Assembly: GCA_963661325.1 (NCBI GenBank)
Contig: CAVLBP010000001.1
Coordinates: 113-64,112 of the forward strand
DNA: 64,000 nt
Origin: a bacterium
GTDB lineage: Bacteria > Bacillota > Clostridia > Lachnospirales > Lachnospiraceae
Direction: 5' to 3'
Shown here: piece after piece, positions 20,215 through 30,591 of the stretch
Position numbering within the stretch: position 1 is the stretch's first letter
Layout: each line of letters begins with the position of its first letter
The notes under the pieces: model-generated
What the model was told of the DNA's origin: nothing
What the model saw: only the letters and a program-made list of their open reading frames with translations
The model's database searches: none
Program-made: the position numbers and the translations under genes

Positions 20215-22535
20215 CCTGTCGTCCTTTCCACATCGATCACGGAATCTATTTGCTTTAACTTTTCGATCAGACTACGCAATTCGTTCTTGCTCTTGGTTCC
20301 AAAGTTGACCACGATCGTCGCAATCCCCTGCTTGCTGGTCTTGGAAAAGATAGACTTGATATCTATATCACGCTCTGTAAAGACTTTGGAAACATCTACC
20401 AAAAGTCCGGTTCTGTTGTTGCCATAAATATGGACCTCCGTCTGGTAGAGTTCACCGGAACGCTGTTCGATGGCATCCGGCTGCCACTCTGCTTCGATCA
20501 GACGAGCCCGCTCGCTGTCCGGCAGGTTGAGCACATTGATACAATCGGTACGGTGGATAGAAACGCCTCGTCCACGCGTCACGAAACCAACGATCTCATC
20601 CCCCGGCACCGGTGTGCAGCACTTAGAAAAGCGGACAGACACATCATAAAGTCCCTTGACGGTAATACCACTCTTGGACTTGTGTTCCTTTTGTTTTTCC
20701 TTTGCCGCAGATGTATTGTCCTCATGCTGGTTATTCTCTGCTAAAATATCTTCATCCGTGATCAGGATCGGATGATCCTTTTCGTATGCTTCATACATAC
20801 GGTTGACAAGCTGGCCTTCCTTCAAGCCACCATGTCCAACGGCTGCAAGACAGTCATCCCAGCAATGGAATCCATACTTGCGGATGATCTTTTCCTGATA
20901 TTCCGGTCGGTTGATGTCAGAATAGTTGATGCCTTTTGCCTTAGCAGAAGCCATCATGAGTTCCTTGCCCTTGATGATATTTTCTTCCTTGAACTCATTA
21001 CGGAACCACTGATTGATCTTGTTCTTCGCCTGTGTACTCTTGACAACATTTAACCAGTCACGGCTCGGCCCTCTGGAATTTTGGGAAGTCAGTACCTCGA
21101 TACGGTCTCCATTCTGGATCACATAATCGATCGGCACCAGTTTGCCGTTGACCTTAGCCCCCACCATCTTGTTGCCGACCGCAGAATGGATGCTGTAGGC
21201 AAAGTCGATCGGGGTAGATCCGTTTGGCAGGTTCTTGACATCACCGGATGGCGTGAAGCAAAATACGGTATCCGAAAAGAGGTTGAGATCGCTTTTCAGC
21301 AGGCTCATAAACTCCTTGTTGTCCGACATGTCTCTCTGCCACTCCAAGATCTGGCGCAGCCAACTTAACTTTTCTTCTTCTTTGTTGATCGTGGCACCCT
21401 CGCCACTCTCCTTATATTTCCAATGCGCAGCAATACCATATTCGGAAGTCCTGTGCATGTCATAGGTACGAATCTGGATTTCAAATGGTGTACCGGTCGG
21501 TCCGATCAGAGTCGTATGCAAAGACTGGTACATATTGGGCTTTGGCATAGCAATATAATCCTTGAAACGTCCCGGGATCGGCGTATACATCTCATGGATG
21601 ACACCAAGTGCCGCATAGCAATCCTTGACCGTCTCAACAATAATACGGATGGCAAAAAGATCATAGATCTGATCCAGGGTCTTATGCTGATTAACCATTT
21701 TGCGGTAAATGCTAAAGAAATGCTTGGCGCGTCCCTCGATGTCTGCCTCGATACCGGCGCCCTTCATGTGTTGAGACACCTCAGCGACCAGCCCATCGAT
21801 ATAGTCTTCTCTCTCCTGCTTGCGCAGTGCTACCTTCTCCACCAGATCATAGTAGGCTTCCGGCTCCAGATATTTGAGCGAAAGATCATCCAATTCGATC
21901 TTGATCTTGGAAATACCAAGACGCTGTGCCAAAGGCGCATAGATCTCCATGGTCTCTCTTGCCTTTTCCTTTTGCTTTTCCGGTGTCATATATTTCAGCG
22001 TACGCATATTATGCAAACGGTCTGCCAGTTTGATCAGAATAACACGGATGTCCTTTGCCATAGCAAGGAACATCTTGCGGAGGTTTTCTGCCTGCACTTC
22101 TACCTTGTCCGCATCATAGGACAACTGCCCCAACTTGGTAACACCATCTACCAAAAGTGCAACTTCATCGGAAAACTCTGCCGAGATCTCCTCGATCGTC
22201 ATAACGGTATCTTCTACCACATCATGTAAAAGTCCGGCAACAATCGTCTCCTTATCCATCTCCAGATCTGCCAGAATGATGGCAACACAAAGAGGATGAA
22301 TGATGTAAGGCTCGCCTGACTTACGGCACTGTCCCTCATGCGCTGTATGGGCAATGTGATAAGCCTTTTCGATCATGGTAATGTCCGTGTTAGGGTGATA
22401 TTTACGGATGCGCTCGATCAATTCACGATGCAGTTCTTCCGGCTCAACAAAATCCGCAGTGGCGATAATGCCCTTGCGTTCCCGGTCGATACTCTGTTCC
22501 ATCTGTTCTAATTGTTCTACAGTAAAATCTGCCAT
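20211..22535 (-). CDS. relA: bifunctional (p)ppGpp synthetase/hydrolase (RelA/SpoT homologue)
   Basis: It has the HD hydrolase domain (HPLCVAIILADL, LLHDVVEDT) and the synthetase domain (DYIAMPKPNMYQSLHTT). TGS and ACT regions follow. Confidence 0.95.
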   Translation of the reverse strand: MADFTVEQLEQMEQSIDRERKGIIATADFVEPEELHRELIERIRKYHPNTDITMIEKAYHIAHTAHEGQCRKSGEPYIIHPLCVAIILADLEMDKETIVAGLLHDVVEDTVMTIEEISAEFSDEVALLVDGVTKLGQLSYDADKVEVQAENLRKMFLAMAKDIRVILIKLADRLHNMRTLKYMTPEKQKEKARETMEIYAPLAQRLGISKIKIELDDLSLKYLEPEAYYDLVEKVALRKQEREDYIDGLVAEVSQHMKGAGIEADIEGRAKHFFSIYRKMVNQHKTLDQIYDLFAIRIIVETVKDCYAALGVIHEMYTPIPGRFKDYIAMPKPNMYQSLHTTLIGPTGTPFEIQIRTYDMHRTSEYGIAAHWKYKESGEGATINKEEEKLSWLRQILEWQRDMSDNKEFMSLLKSDLNLFSDTVFCFTPSGDVKNLPNGSTPIDFAYSIHSAVGNKMVGAKVNGKLVPIDYVIQNGDRIEVLTSQNSRGPSRDWLNVVKSTQAKNKINQWFRNEFKEENIIKGKELMMASAKAKGINYSDINRPEYQEKIIRKYGFHCWDDCLAAVGHGGLKEGQLVNRMYEAYEKDHPILITDEDILAENNQHEDNTSAAKEKQKEHKSKSGITVKGLYDVSVRFSKCCTPVPGDEIVGFVTRGRGVSIHRTDCINVLNLPDSERARLIEAEWQPDAIEQRSGELYQTEVHIYGNNRTGLLVDVSKVFTERDIDIKSIFSKTSKQGIATIVVNFGTKSKNELRSLIEKLKQIDSVIDVERTTG

Positions 22536-22655
22536 TCGTCATCTCCCCTTTCTGTTTCTGATACTCTCCACGAGCAAAACCAAAAAGTAGCACAAATTTT
22601 AACTTTGATTATAGTTAAAATCCTCCAAAAAAGCAACAAATCTCGCGGGATTCCT

Positions 22656-23501
22656 TTACAAATTATAAGAATAGATCCATTCGTCCTGCATTTGTTTTCC
22701 GTGAAATCCCATTTTTTCCAAAAATCGCCGTGAAGCCAGGTTCTTTTCGTCCACATGACTGATGATCCGCTCCATGTCAAGTTCTTCTTTTGCATAGGAA
22801 AGGATTGCCTGACAAACTTCCGTAGCATAGCCTTTTCGACAGTACTCCGGTGCGACCAGATAGCCCAGTTCCACTTCCCCCTCCTGACATGGCTCCCGAT
22901 ACTCCAGTCCCGCACGCCCGATAAGCCCGCCGGAATCTTTATCAAACACCAGCCACATACCAAAGCCATAAAAGCCGTAAATACGCTCGATATAGTTCTC
23001 CTCATACTGCCTTTCCTGCTCGTACTCGTACAAAGGCTCAATAAAGTCCGTCACATGCGGCTTTGCGTATAAAGCGAAAAGATCGTCCAGATCATCCATA
23101 CAAAATTCCCGCAGACGGCACCGCTTTGTCTCCAGGATCTGCCATGGGATCCCATGATGTCTTTCAAAGACACGGACAAAGTCCCGATATGTCACCTGTT
23201 CCAGGCTAAGCACGACATAGTTTGCCTGCATCATTTCATCTTCCTGCGCCTGAAAACCAAGCACAGCGATCCCCAGTCCCTGCATCTGTTTTGCCATATC
23301 CGGTGAAGTCGTCAGGCAGATGGTTGCTGCCATATCCTCAAGTCCGAATAAGCCCGCCACATTTTCCGGTTCCAAAAAGATAACCTTTTGAAAAAATGGC
23401 GTATTTTCTTGCAAATACGCCATTTGTCTTTCATAATTCTGCGGTGTGAATTTTTCTTTTTCTATATAAACCACAAGATTTTTTAAAGTCAATGTTTTCA
23501 T
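22656..23501 (-). CDS. GNAT-family N-acetyltransferase (RimJ/RimL-like) with an uncharacterised ~130-aa N-terminal domain
   Basis: The C-terminal half ([10 protein letters not shown]...GFGMWLV...[19 protein letters not shown]...[13 protein letters not shown]) is an Acetyltransf_3-type GNAT. The start overlaps the dapL stop by 4 nt. Confidence 0.7.
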   Translation of the reverse strand: MKTLTLKNLVVYIEKEKFTPQNYERQMAYLQENTPFFQKVIFLEPENVAGLFGLEDMAATICLTTSPDMAKQMQGLGIAVLGFQAQEDEMMQANYVVLSLEQVTYRDFVRVFERHHGIPWQILETKRCRLREFCMDDLDDLFALYAKPHVTDFIEPLYEYEQERQYEENYIERIYGFYGFGMWLVFDKDSGGLIGRAGLEYREPCQEGEVELGYLVAPEYCRKGYATEVCQAILSYAKEELDMERIISHVDEKNLASRRFLEKMGFHGKQMQDEWIYSYNL

Positions 23502-24712
23502 AGATTTTTGATACGTTCCAGCGCGCGCACAGAGTTTTCATAACTGCCAAAGGCCGTCAGTCTAAAGTAACCCTCTCCGCTTGGTCCAAATCCGCTTCCC
23601 GGTGTTCCTACCACGTTTGCCTTTTCTAATAAGAAGTCAAAGAAATCCCAAGAGGTCATATTCTCTGGTGTCTTGAGCCAGATGTAAGGTGCGTTGATAC
23701 CACCATAGACTTCATAGCCGGCATCCTTGAGTCCGGTATAGATGGTCTTGGCATTGTTCATATAGTAACCAACCTGTTCTTTGATCTGTGCCTGTCCTGC
23801 CTCGGAATACACAGCCTCGCCTGCGCGCTGGATGATGTAAGGTGCGCCGTTGAACTTGGTTCCGTGACGTCTCGCCCACATGCCATTCAAAGAAACGCCG
23901 TCGCATACCAATTCCTTTGGTACGACTGTAAAGCCGAGACGGACGCCGGTAAATCCCGCATTCTTAGAAAAACTGCGGATCTCGATCGCACAGGTCTTTG
24001 CTCCCTGACACTCATAGATGGTATGTGCCACATTGCTTTCGGAAATATATGCCTCATAAGCAGCATCATAAATAATGATGGCACCGATGCGGTTCGCGTA
24101 ATCTACCCATTCCTGCAGCTGATCTTTGGTCAGTGTGGTTCCTGTAGGATTGTTTGGCAGACACAGATAAATGATGTCCGGGTTCTCCTTCGGAAATTCC
24201 GGCACAAAATTATTTTCTGCCGTACATGGCATATAGATCACATTGCTCCACATCTGTGTGGCTGCGTCATACTCACCGGTTCTTCCAGCCATAACATTGG
24301 AATCCACATAGACCGGATAGACCGGATCACATACCGCAATACGGTTATCCTGTGCAAAAATCTCCTGAATATTACCGGAATCGCTCTTTGCTCCGTCAGA
24401 TACAAAGATCTCATCCGCAGAAATATCACAGCCTCTTGCCTGATAGTCGTGTATCACGATGGCATCACGCAGGAAGGCATAGCCCAGATCCGGTGCATAG
24501 CCATGGAAAGTTTTGGCATCTCCCATCTCATCCACTGCCTTATGCATAGCCTCGATCATTGCCGGTGCGATTGGCTGGGTCACATCCCCGATACCCAGAC
24601 GGATGATGTCTGCATCCGGATGTGCCTCTGTAAAGGCACTGACCTTCTTTGCAATATTGCTGAACAAATAACTTCCTGGTAATTTTTGATAATTCGTATT
24701 GATCTTATACAT
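23498..24712 (-). CDS. dapL: LL-diaminopimelate aminotransferase
   Basis: DapL signature segments are present ([39 protein letters not shown]). I moved the start to the ATG at 24712 (MYKIN), 6 nt after AAGGAGA. Confidence 0.9.
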   Translation of the reverse strand: MYKINTNYQKLPGSYLFSNIAKKVSAFTEAHPDADIIRLGIGDVTQPIAPAMIEAMHKAVDEMGDAKTFHGYAPDLGYAFLRDAIVIHDYQARGCDISADEIFVSDGAKSDSGNIQEIFAQDNRIAVCDPVYPVYVDSNVMAGRTGEYDAATQMWSNVIYMPCTAENNFVPEFPKENPDIIYLCLPNNPTGTTLTKDQLQEWVDYANRIGAIIIYDAAYEAYISESNVAHTIYECQGAKTCAIEIRSFSKNAGFTGVRLGFTVVPKELVCDGVSLNGMWARRHGTKFNGAPYIIQRAGEAVYSEAGQAQIKEQVGYYMNNAKTIYTGLKDAGYEVYGGINAPYIWLKTPENMTSWDFFDFLLEKANVVGTPGSGFGPSGEGYFRLTAFGSYENSVRALERIKNL

Positions 24713-24769
24713 CTTCATTCTCCTTTTATGTCCATTCACAAATTACTTTCGCTGTCAGGTTATACACTC

Positions 24770-25630
24770 CTATAAATCGATTCCCCCGGAAAAGACCTCG
24801 GTTGCCGGACCTGTCATAAAGACATGATTTGTCTTTTCGTCATAGACGATCTCCAGATGTCCGCCCAGAAGTTCGATATCCACACTCCGTCCTGTGAACC
24901 CGTTAAGATAAGACGCAACTGCCACAGCACAGGCTCCCGTACCGCAGGCAAGTGTTTCTCCGGAGCCGCGTTCCCACACGCGCATGCGCAAGTGGTCTTT
25001 GTCGATCACATTGACAAATTCGGTATTGACCCGCTCTGGGAAAAGTTCATGTTTTTCAAAGACCGGTCCCACCTTCTCCAGCGGAAAATCTCTGACATCC
25101 TCCTCGATAAAGGTGACGCAGTGCGGATTTCCCATAGATACGCAGGTAATATCGTAAGACCTTCCCTTGATCTCTAATGGCTCTGCCACAATCGCTTTCC
25201 TTCGATCGTCCGCCAAGCCAAGTACCGATGCTTTGACCGGCACCTGCGCCGGAATGAGTTCCGGCTCTCCCATATCGACACGCACCTTACTGACCTTGTC
25301 ATCTTCTACCGTAAGCTGCAATGTCTTGATACCGGAAAGGGTGTTGACCGTGATCGTCGTCTTGTCTGTCAGATCATGGTCATAGACATATTTTGCCACA
25401 CAACGAATGCCGTTTCCACACATTTTTCCGCGGGATCCGTCTGCATTATACATATCCATTTCAAAGTCTGCCACATCGGACGCTTTGATCAGGATCAATC
25501 CATCCGACCCGATTCCAAAATGTCGGTCACTCACGCGGATGGCGGTTTCTGAAATATCGGGAATGACTTCCTTTGTGCAATCCACATACACATAGTCATT
25601 GCCACATCCATGCATTTTTGTAAATTTCAT
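24770..25630 (-). CDS. dapF: diaminopimelate epimerase
   Basis: It has HGCGNDY and both catalytic Cys motifs (MCGNGIRC, LACGTGACA). Confidence 0.95.
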   Translation of the reverse strand: MKFTKMHGCGNDYVYVDCTKEVIPDISETAIRVSDRHFGIGSDGLILIKASDVADFEMDMYNADGSRGKMCGNGIRCVAKYVYDHDLTDKTTITVNTLSGIKTLQLTVEDDKVSKVRVDMGEPELIPAQVPVKASVLGLADDRRKAIVAEPLEIKGRSYDITCVSMGNPHCVTFIEEDVRDFPLEKVGPVFEKHELFPERVNTEFVNVIDKDHLRMRVWERGSGETLACGTGACAVAVASYLNGFTGRSVDIELLGGHLEIVYDEKTNHVFMTGPATEVFSGGIDL

Positions 25631-25651
25631 CGCTACCTCTTTTCTATTTTT

Positions 25652-26431
25652 CTATACATCCTGCACATATTTTAAGACAGTCTCATAATTGAGATTGCCG
25701 CCAAAGAGATCCAGTGCCGATCCAATCGTAATATTGATCTTGCCGTCACCGATCTCCTTGATGTGTGTAATGTCCTGATAATCGGAAATACCTCCTGCAT
25801 AAGTGATCGGGATCTTGCCCCAGTCTCCCAAAAGCCGAACCAGATCCTCCTCGATCCCCTGACACTTGCCCTCGACATCCGCCGCATGGATCAAGAATTC
25901 ATCACAATAGGAAGAAAGCCGATCCAGTAACTCTGTCGTGATCTTTTCCTTGGTAAAATGCTGCCAGCGGTCTGTCACAATGAAATAATCGTCATCTGCC
26001 CTGCGTGCAGAAAGATCTAGGACGATATGTTCCTTGCCAACCGCCTCCACCAATCTGCCTAAATTTCGGTAATTGACTTTGCCATCGGAAAAGACATAAG
26101 AAGTCACGATCACATGACTGGCTCCTTCCGCCAAAAAATATGCGGCATTGTCCGCTGTAATGCCTCCGCCGATCTGCATGCCTCCCGGGTAAGTATGGAG
26201 CGCTAAAAGTGCCTGTTGCCTGGTTGCCTCATAGTAAGGACTGTCTGTCTTGTTTAGCATGATGACATGCCCGCCCTTCAGACCATCCTTTGCGTAGAAG
26301 TCTGCAAAGAAATCTGCATCCCGCTTGGATACAAAATTCTCGTTTGCCTGATCGCCCTCATCCTGTAAAGAGGCTCCGACGATCTGTTTCACCTTGCCAT
26401 TGTGTATGTCGATACACGGTCGGTATTCCAT
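25652..26431 (-). CDS. hisA: ProFAR isomerase (HisA), eukaryote-type His6-like family
   Basis: PCIDIHNGKVKQIVG, FLIHAADVEGKCQGIEEDLV and YAGGI...GSALDLFGG track the yeast His6 layout as I remember it, rather than the classical bacterial HisA. Confidence 0.85.
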   Translation of the reverse strand: MEYRPCIDIHNGKVKQIVGASLQDEGDQANENFVSKRDADFFADFYAKDGLKGGHVIMLNKTDSPYYEATRQQALLALHTYPGGMQIGGGITADNAAYFLAEGASHVIVTSYVFSDGKVNYRNLGRLVEAVGKEHIVLDLSARRADDDYFIVTDRWQHFTKEKITTELLDRLSSYCDEFLIHAADVEGKCQGIEEDLVRLLGDWGKIPITYAGGISDYQDITHIKEIGDGKINITIGSALDLFGGNLNYETVLKYVQDV

Positions 26432-26514
26432 AATAATATGTAGTTTCCTTTCTTAAAAAATCATTTGGATTGAGCATAGCACACTTTGTACGAAAAAGAA
26501 ACCTTTTGTTCTAC

Positions 26515-26543
26515 TTGCCTATCCTCTGCTATTTTGTTAGAAT
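26515..26543 (+). promoter_or_regulatory. candidate sigma-A promoter for guaB (extended -10)
   Basis: TTGCCT (26515-26520), a 17-nt spacer whose 3' end carries the extended -10 TG at 26535-26536, then TAGAAT (26538-26543). Confidence 0.45.
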
Positions 26544-26592
26544 ATCATATTAAAGTAGGGTTCGGTCGTCTTGCCGAACCTGCTAAAAATAA

Positions 26593-28089
<1,497 letters not shown>

Positions 28090-28104
28090 AATAAAGCAAG
28101 AACA

Positions 28105-28141
28105 AGGGGCGTGTGTCATTGATGCACGCCCCTGTTTGTTT
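28105..28141 (+). terminator. rho-independent terminator after guaB
   Basis: AGGGGCGTG (28105-28113), an 11-nt loop, CACGCCCCT (28125-28133), then GTTTGTTT. Confidence 0.75.
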
Positions 28142-28152
28142 GCATCCATAGA

Positions 28153-28401
28153 TCATTCATCCTGGAAATGTCCTGCAATGATATCAAAGATACACCAGAT
28201 GCCTCCGCCTGCGGTGGATGCCAGAAAAATCTTGATAATGCAGATCAACAGTGATTTCTTGGTCAGGGTTCCTGCCAAAAATCCGACATACAAAAAACGT
28301 ACCGGACGGATAAAAAGCCAATAGCCTCCCACATAAATAGCAAGAAGTGTCCCCGTCAATCCCAATAAAACTGAAATCACTTTTCGTATGTTTTTTTTCA
28401 T
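28153..28401 (-). CDS. small membrane protein of unknown function (82 aa)
   Basis: Two or three TM helices and an RBS GGGAGAG 7 nt upstream of the ATG. It is co-directional with the PAP2 and amidase genes. Confidence 0.5.
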   Translation of the reverse strand: MKKNIRKVISVLLGLTGTLLAIYVGGYWLFIRPVRFLYVGFLAGTLTKKSLLICIIKIFLASTAGGGIWCIFDIIAGHFQDE

Positions 28402-28428
28402 AGTTTACTCTCCCGTATCCGATTAGTC

Positions 28429-28929
28429 TCAAAAAATAAGATAAAATCCAAGCAACCCAATAATAATCCCCAAAAGTGCCCCGGCAATGACATCCCAGAT
28501 AAAATGTACGCCGCCGATCACACGGACGATTGCCAAAAATACGCCGGCAAAAAAAATCAATCCTGCCAGAACAGGCGAAACCTGCGTAAAGCACATACCA
28601 ATGATAAAGATAGAAAATACATGGCGACTTGGAAAACTCCTGCCCTGTGTATCCTTTTTTATCAGAGGCGTGATGTCCATTTTTTCATAAGGGCGCGGTG
28701 CGTTGTAGACGCGCCGGAACAAACTGACGACCACAAATGCCACTCCCGGCACCAAAACAGTATGATATAGCATCTCATATCTTGCTGTAAAAAGCAAATA
28801 CAAAAGCAATGCCGGGTAGGCTGCCATGGTAAGTCCGGTGATCAGGCGGTTGACACCAAGAATCCACCGTAAGATCTTGGGATGGCTTTGCAGGGCATCT
28901 GCCATGCGCTTGTACTGGTCTTGCTGCAT
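28429..28929 (-). CDS. PAP2-family lipid phosphatase
   Basis: The PAP2 motifs are KxxxxxxRP-like (RRVYNAPRP), PSRH (SFPSRHVFS) and SRxxxxxHxxxD-like (GGVHFIWDVIAG). Confidence 0.8.
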   Translation of the reverse strand: MQQDQYKRMADALQSHPKILRWILGVNRLITGLTMAAYPALLLYLLFTARYEMLYHTVLVPGVAFVVVSLFRRVYNAPRPYEKMDITPLIKKDTQGRSFPSRHVFSIFIIGMCFTQVSPVLAGLIFFAGVFLAIVRVIGGVHFIWDVIAGALLGIIIGLLGFYLIF

Positions 28930-28932
28930 CTT

Positions 28933-29619
28933 TTATTCCTCCTGTACCGTGCCATGCGTATCAATATAAGAATTGACATCCGTAAGGAACTGTTGCCAGG
29001 CATCCTCGTGATCCACAAAATAGAGCGGACACTTTTTGCCGGTCACATCATAATGACGTATGACATCATCTGTTGTCAGGTTAAACTTGCCCATCAGATA
29101 TGCCGTGAGTTCTACCAGAGAATCATAGGTCTGCTGGTTGAACTGCCCACTTGCATCCGGATGGCAGCATTCGATAGAGATGGTATCGTTGTTCCTGTCA
29201 TTGGAAGCATAACTGATCTCACTGGTCGGAATGCACTGGACGATCTCGCCATCCAGCCCGATGATAAAATGGCTGCTCGCCATCGTCTCGTGGCTGTCTT
29301 TGAGTCCCTCAAAATAATTGCGGTTTTGTATGGCGGTCGAACCCGGATTCGCTGTATAGTGTATCACAATTCCCTTGACCTCATTCAGGGCAAGTCCCGG
29401 TCGGGAGTATTCATTGATAGACAAAAGTTCCACATCCAGATCCGGCTGCTCGGTCACGATCTTCTGGACATCCTTTCCCGAAAATACGGAAACAACCTTG
29501 CGCCCGATCCCCAGTATAATGGTCAGTGCTCCCACGGTAGCCAAAAATAAGATGATGACCTCAAGGATCAGTTTTTTCTTTTGTTTCTTTGTCAGTCTGT
29601 GTCTTCTCTTCGTAGCCAT
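28933..29619 (-). CDS. N-acetylmuramoyl-L-alanine amidase (Amidase_2/PGRP type), membrane-anchored
   Basis: GIVIHYTANPGSTA, SSHFIIGLDGEIVQCIP and NDTISIECCH are present, with one N-terminal TM helix. The start is uncertain: either the ATG at 29619 or the GTG at 29685, and neither has a good RBS. Confidence 0.8.
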   Translation of the reverse strand: MATKRRHRLTKKQKKKLILEVIILFLATVGALTIILGIGRKVVSVFSGKDVQKIVTEQPDLDVELLSINEYSRPGLALNEVKGIVIHYTANPGSTAIQNRNYFEGLKDSHETMASSHFIIGLDGEIVQCIPTSEISYASNDRNNDTISIECCHPDASGQFNQQTYDSLVELTAYLMGKFNLTTDDVIRHYDVTGKKCPLYFVDHEDAWQQFLTDVNSYIDTHGTVQEE

Positions 29620-29721
29620 ACCCTTATTATATCTCTTTTTTTCGTTTCGGCAAGGTTTTACACCTGCTTGACCCTTTCCTGACACTTTCCGAACTATTTA
29701 ATAATAAACGCTAAAAAGCCT

Positions 29722-29761
29722 AAAAAAGGCACCCATTCCAGATTTTTCTGGAACCGGTACC
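29722..29761 (-). terminator. terminator after the repeat-lipoprotein gene
   Basis: An imperfect 15-bp stem pairs 29728-29742 with 29747-29761. On the minus strand it is followed by a U6 run (forward A-run at 29722-29727). Confidence 0.55.
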
Positions 29762-29787
29762 TTTTCTAACTTGTTCTACATATTTAT

Positions 29788-30138
29788 TTAATTGGCATTT
29801 GTATTGTTCTGTGTGGTTGTTTTATTGTTGTCTGTCATATTGTCTGTAGCATTTTCCACACCATTGGTCACATCTTTGACACCGTCAGATACGCCGTCGG
29901 TCACATCCTTAACGCCGTCTCCAACACCATCGACAACATCATCAATGATGCCGCCGCCATTGTCCTCAGTCTTTGTGTCATCGCTTGTGTCCTTCTTGTT
30001 GCCTCCGGTCGCGTCATTGACATTCTGCGTTTCGTTCTTATTATTGTCGGTTGCCTTCTTGTTGGTTCCGCAACCTACAAAAGTAGCGAGTGCCAATACC
30101 GAAAGTGCCAATACCAGCAGAAGTTTTCCTTTTTTCAT
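29788..30138 (-). CDS. secreted low-complexity lipoprotein with DGVxDGVKDVT repeats
   Basis: It has a signal peptide and a lipobox FVGC. The mature part is D/N/T/G-rich with repeated DGV(G/S)DGVKDVT(D/N)GV. Confidence 0.6.
   Translation of the reverse strand: MKKGKLLLVLALSVLALATFVGCGTNKKATDNNKNETQNVNDATGGNKKDTSDDTKTEDNGGGIIDDVVDGVGDGVKDVTDGVSDGVKDVTNGVENATDNMTDNNKTTTQNNTNAN
29866..29931. repeat. two imperfect 33-bp tandem units inside the lipoprotein gene
   Basis: GGTCACATCTTTGACACCGTCAGATACGCCGTC (29866-29898) is followed by GGTCACATCCTTAACGCCGTCTCCAACACCATC (29899-29931). Confidence 0.5.
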
Positions 30139-30231
30139 CGCGATATTCTCCTTTACACAATTTACCTCGTTCCTTGCAAGGCATTTATAGTATGCCTGGA
30201 TTTTCTGTTTTTATACCTATTCCTACGCCTT

Positions 30232-30591
30232 TTATCGTTTTCGCTTGAGCGGGAAGATCAGAGCGCCCAGATAACCAAAGATGAGTGCCGCCGAAATCCC
30301 CACTGCCCCGGTCTTGAGCCCACCGGCAAAAGTCCCTAAGAATCCCTGCTCTTCCACGGCTTCTTTGACGCCTTTCCATAAGACATTGCCAAAGCCCAAA
30401 AGTGGCACCGATGCGCCTGCGCCTGCAAAATCCACAAAGGGTTCATAGATGCCGACGGCTCCTAAGAGTGCTCCTGTGCAGACCAGAAGTACCATGATAC
30501 GCCCCGGCAACATTTTTGTTTTTTCCATTAAGATCTGTACCAGTGCACAGATCAGACCGCCAATGACAAACGCTTTTACATAGTCCATCAT
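30232..30591 (-). CDS. spoVAE: stage V sporulation protein AE (SpoVAEb type)
   Basis: It matches a SpoVAE-family membrane protein over its full length (AFVIGGLICALVQIL...GAGASVPLLGFGN...GGLKTGAVGISAAL). Confidence 0.85.
   Translation of the reverse strand: MMDYVKAFVIGGLICALVQILMEKTKMLPGRIMVLLVCTGALLGAVGIYEPFVDFAGAGASVPLLGFGNVLWKGVKEAVEEQGFLGTFAGGLKTGAVGISAALIFGYLGALIFPLKRKR

Noticed and set aside
23864-24682. Long antisense ORFs: 272 aa opposite dapL, 268 aa at 21423-22229 opposite relA, 257 aa at 49512-50285 opposite the HD-GYP gene, 249 aa at 44229-44978 opposite the L,D-transpeptidase, and 222 aa at 28882-29550 opposite the amidase.
   Set aside because: Each lies fully inside a confidently identified gene on the other strand. 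Each has Cys/His/Arg-rich, low-complexity translations with no recognisable motif or RBS. These are typical shadow ORFs.
26557-26582. A hairpin (GGTTCGG-N8-CCGAACC) in the guaB 5' leader, considered as a possible purine or guanine riboswitch.
   Set aside because: The leader is only ~80 nt with a single short stem. It has no three-way junction or conserved purine-riboswitch loops. It is more likely a 5' stabilising stem-loop.
28184-28594. A 136-aa minus-strand ORF overlapping both the PAP2 gene and the 82-aa membrane protein.
   Set aside because: It is out of frame with two ORFs that have good RBSs and sensible TM or PAP2 motifs. Its translation is Cys/Arg/Gly-rich.
28153-29685. The amidase, PAP2 and small membrane protein cluster, considered as a prophage lysis remnant.
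   Set aside because: No holin, integrase, capsid, tail or att-like repeats are nearby. The flanks are guaB and spore or housekeeping genes. The amidase has its own TM anchor, as cell-wall enzymes often do.
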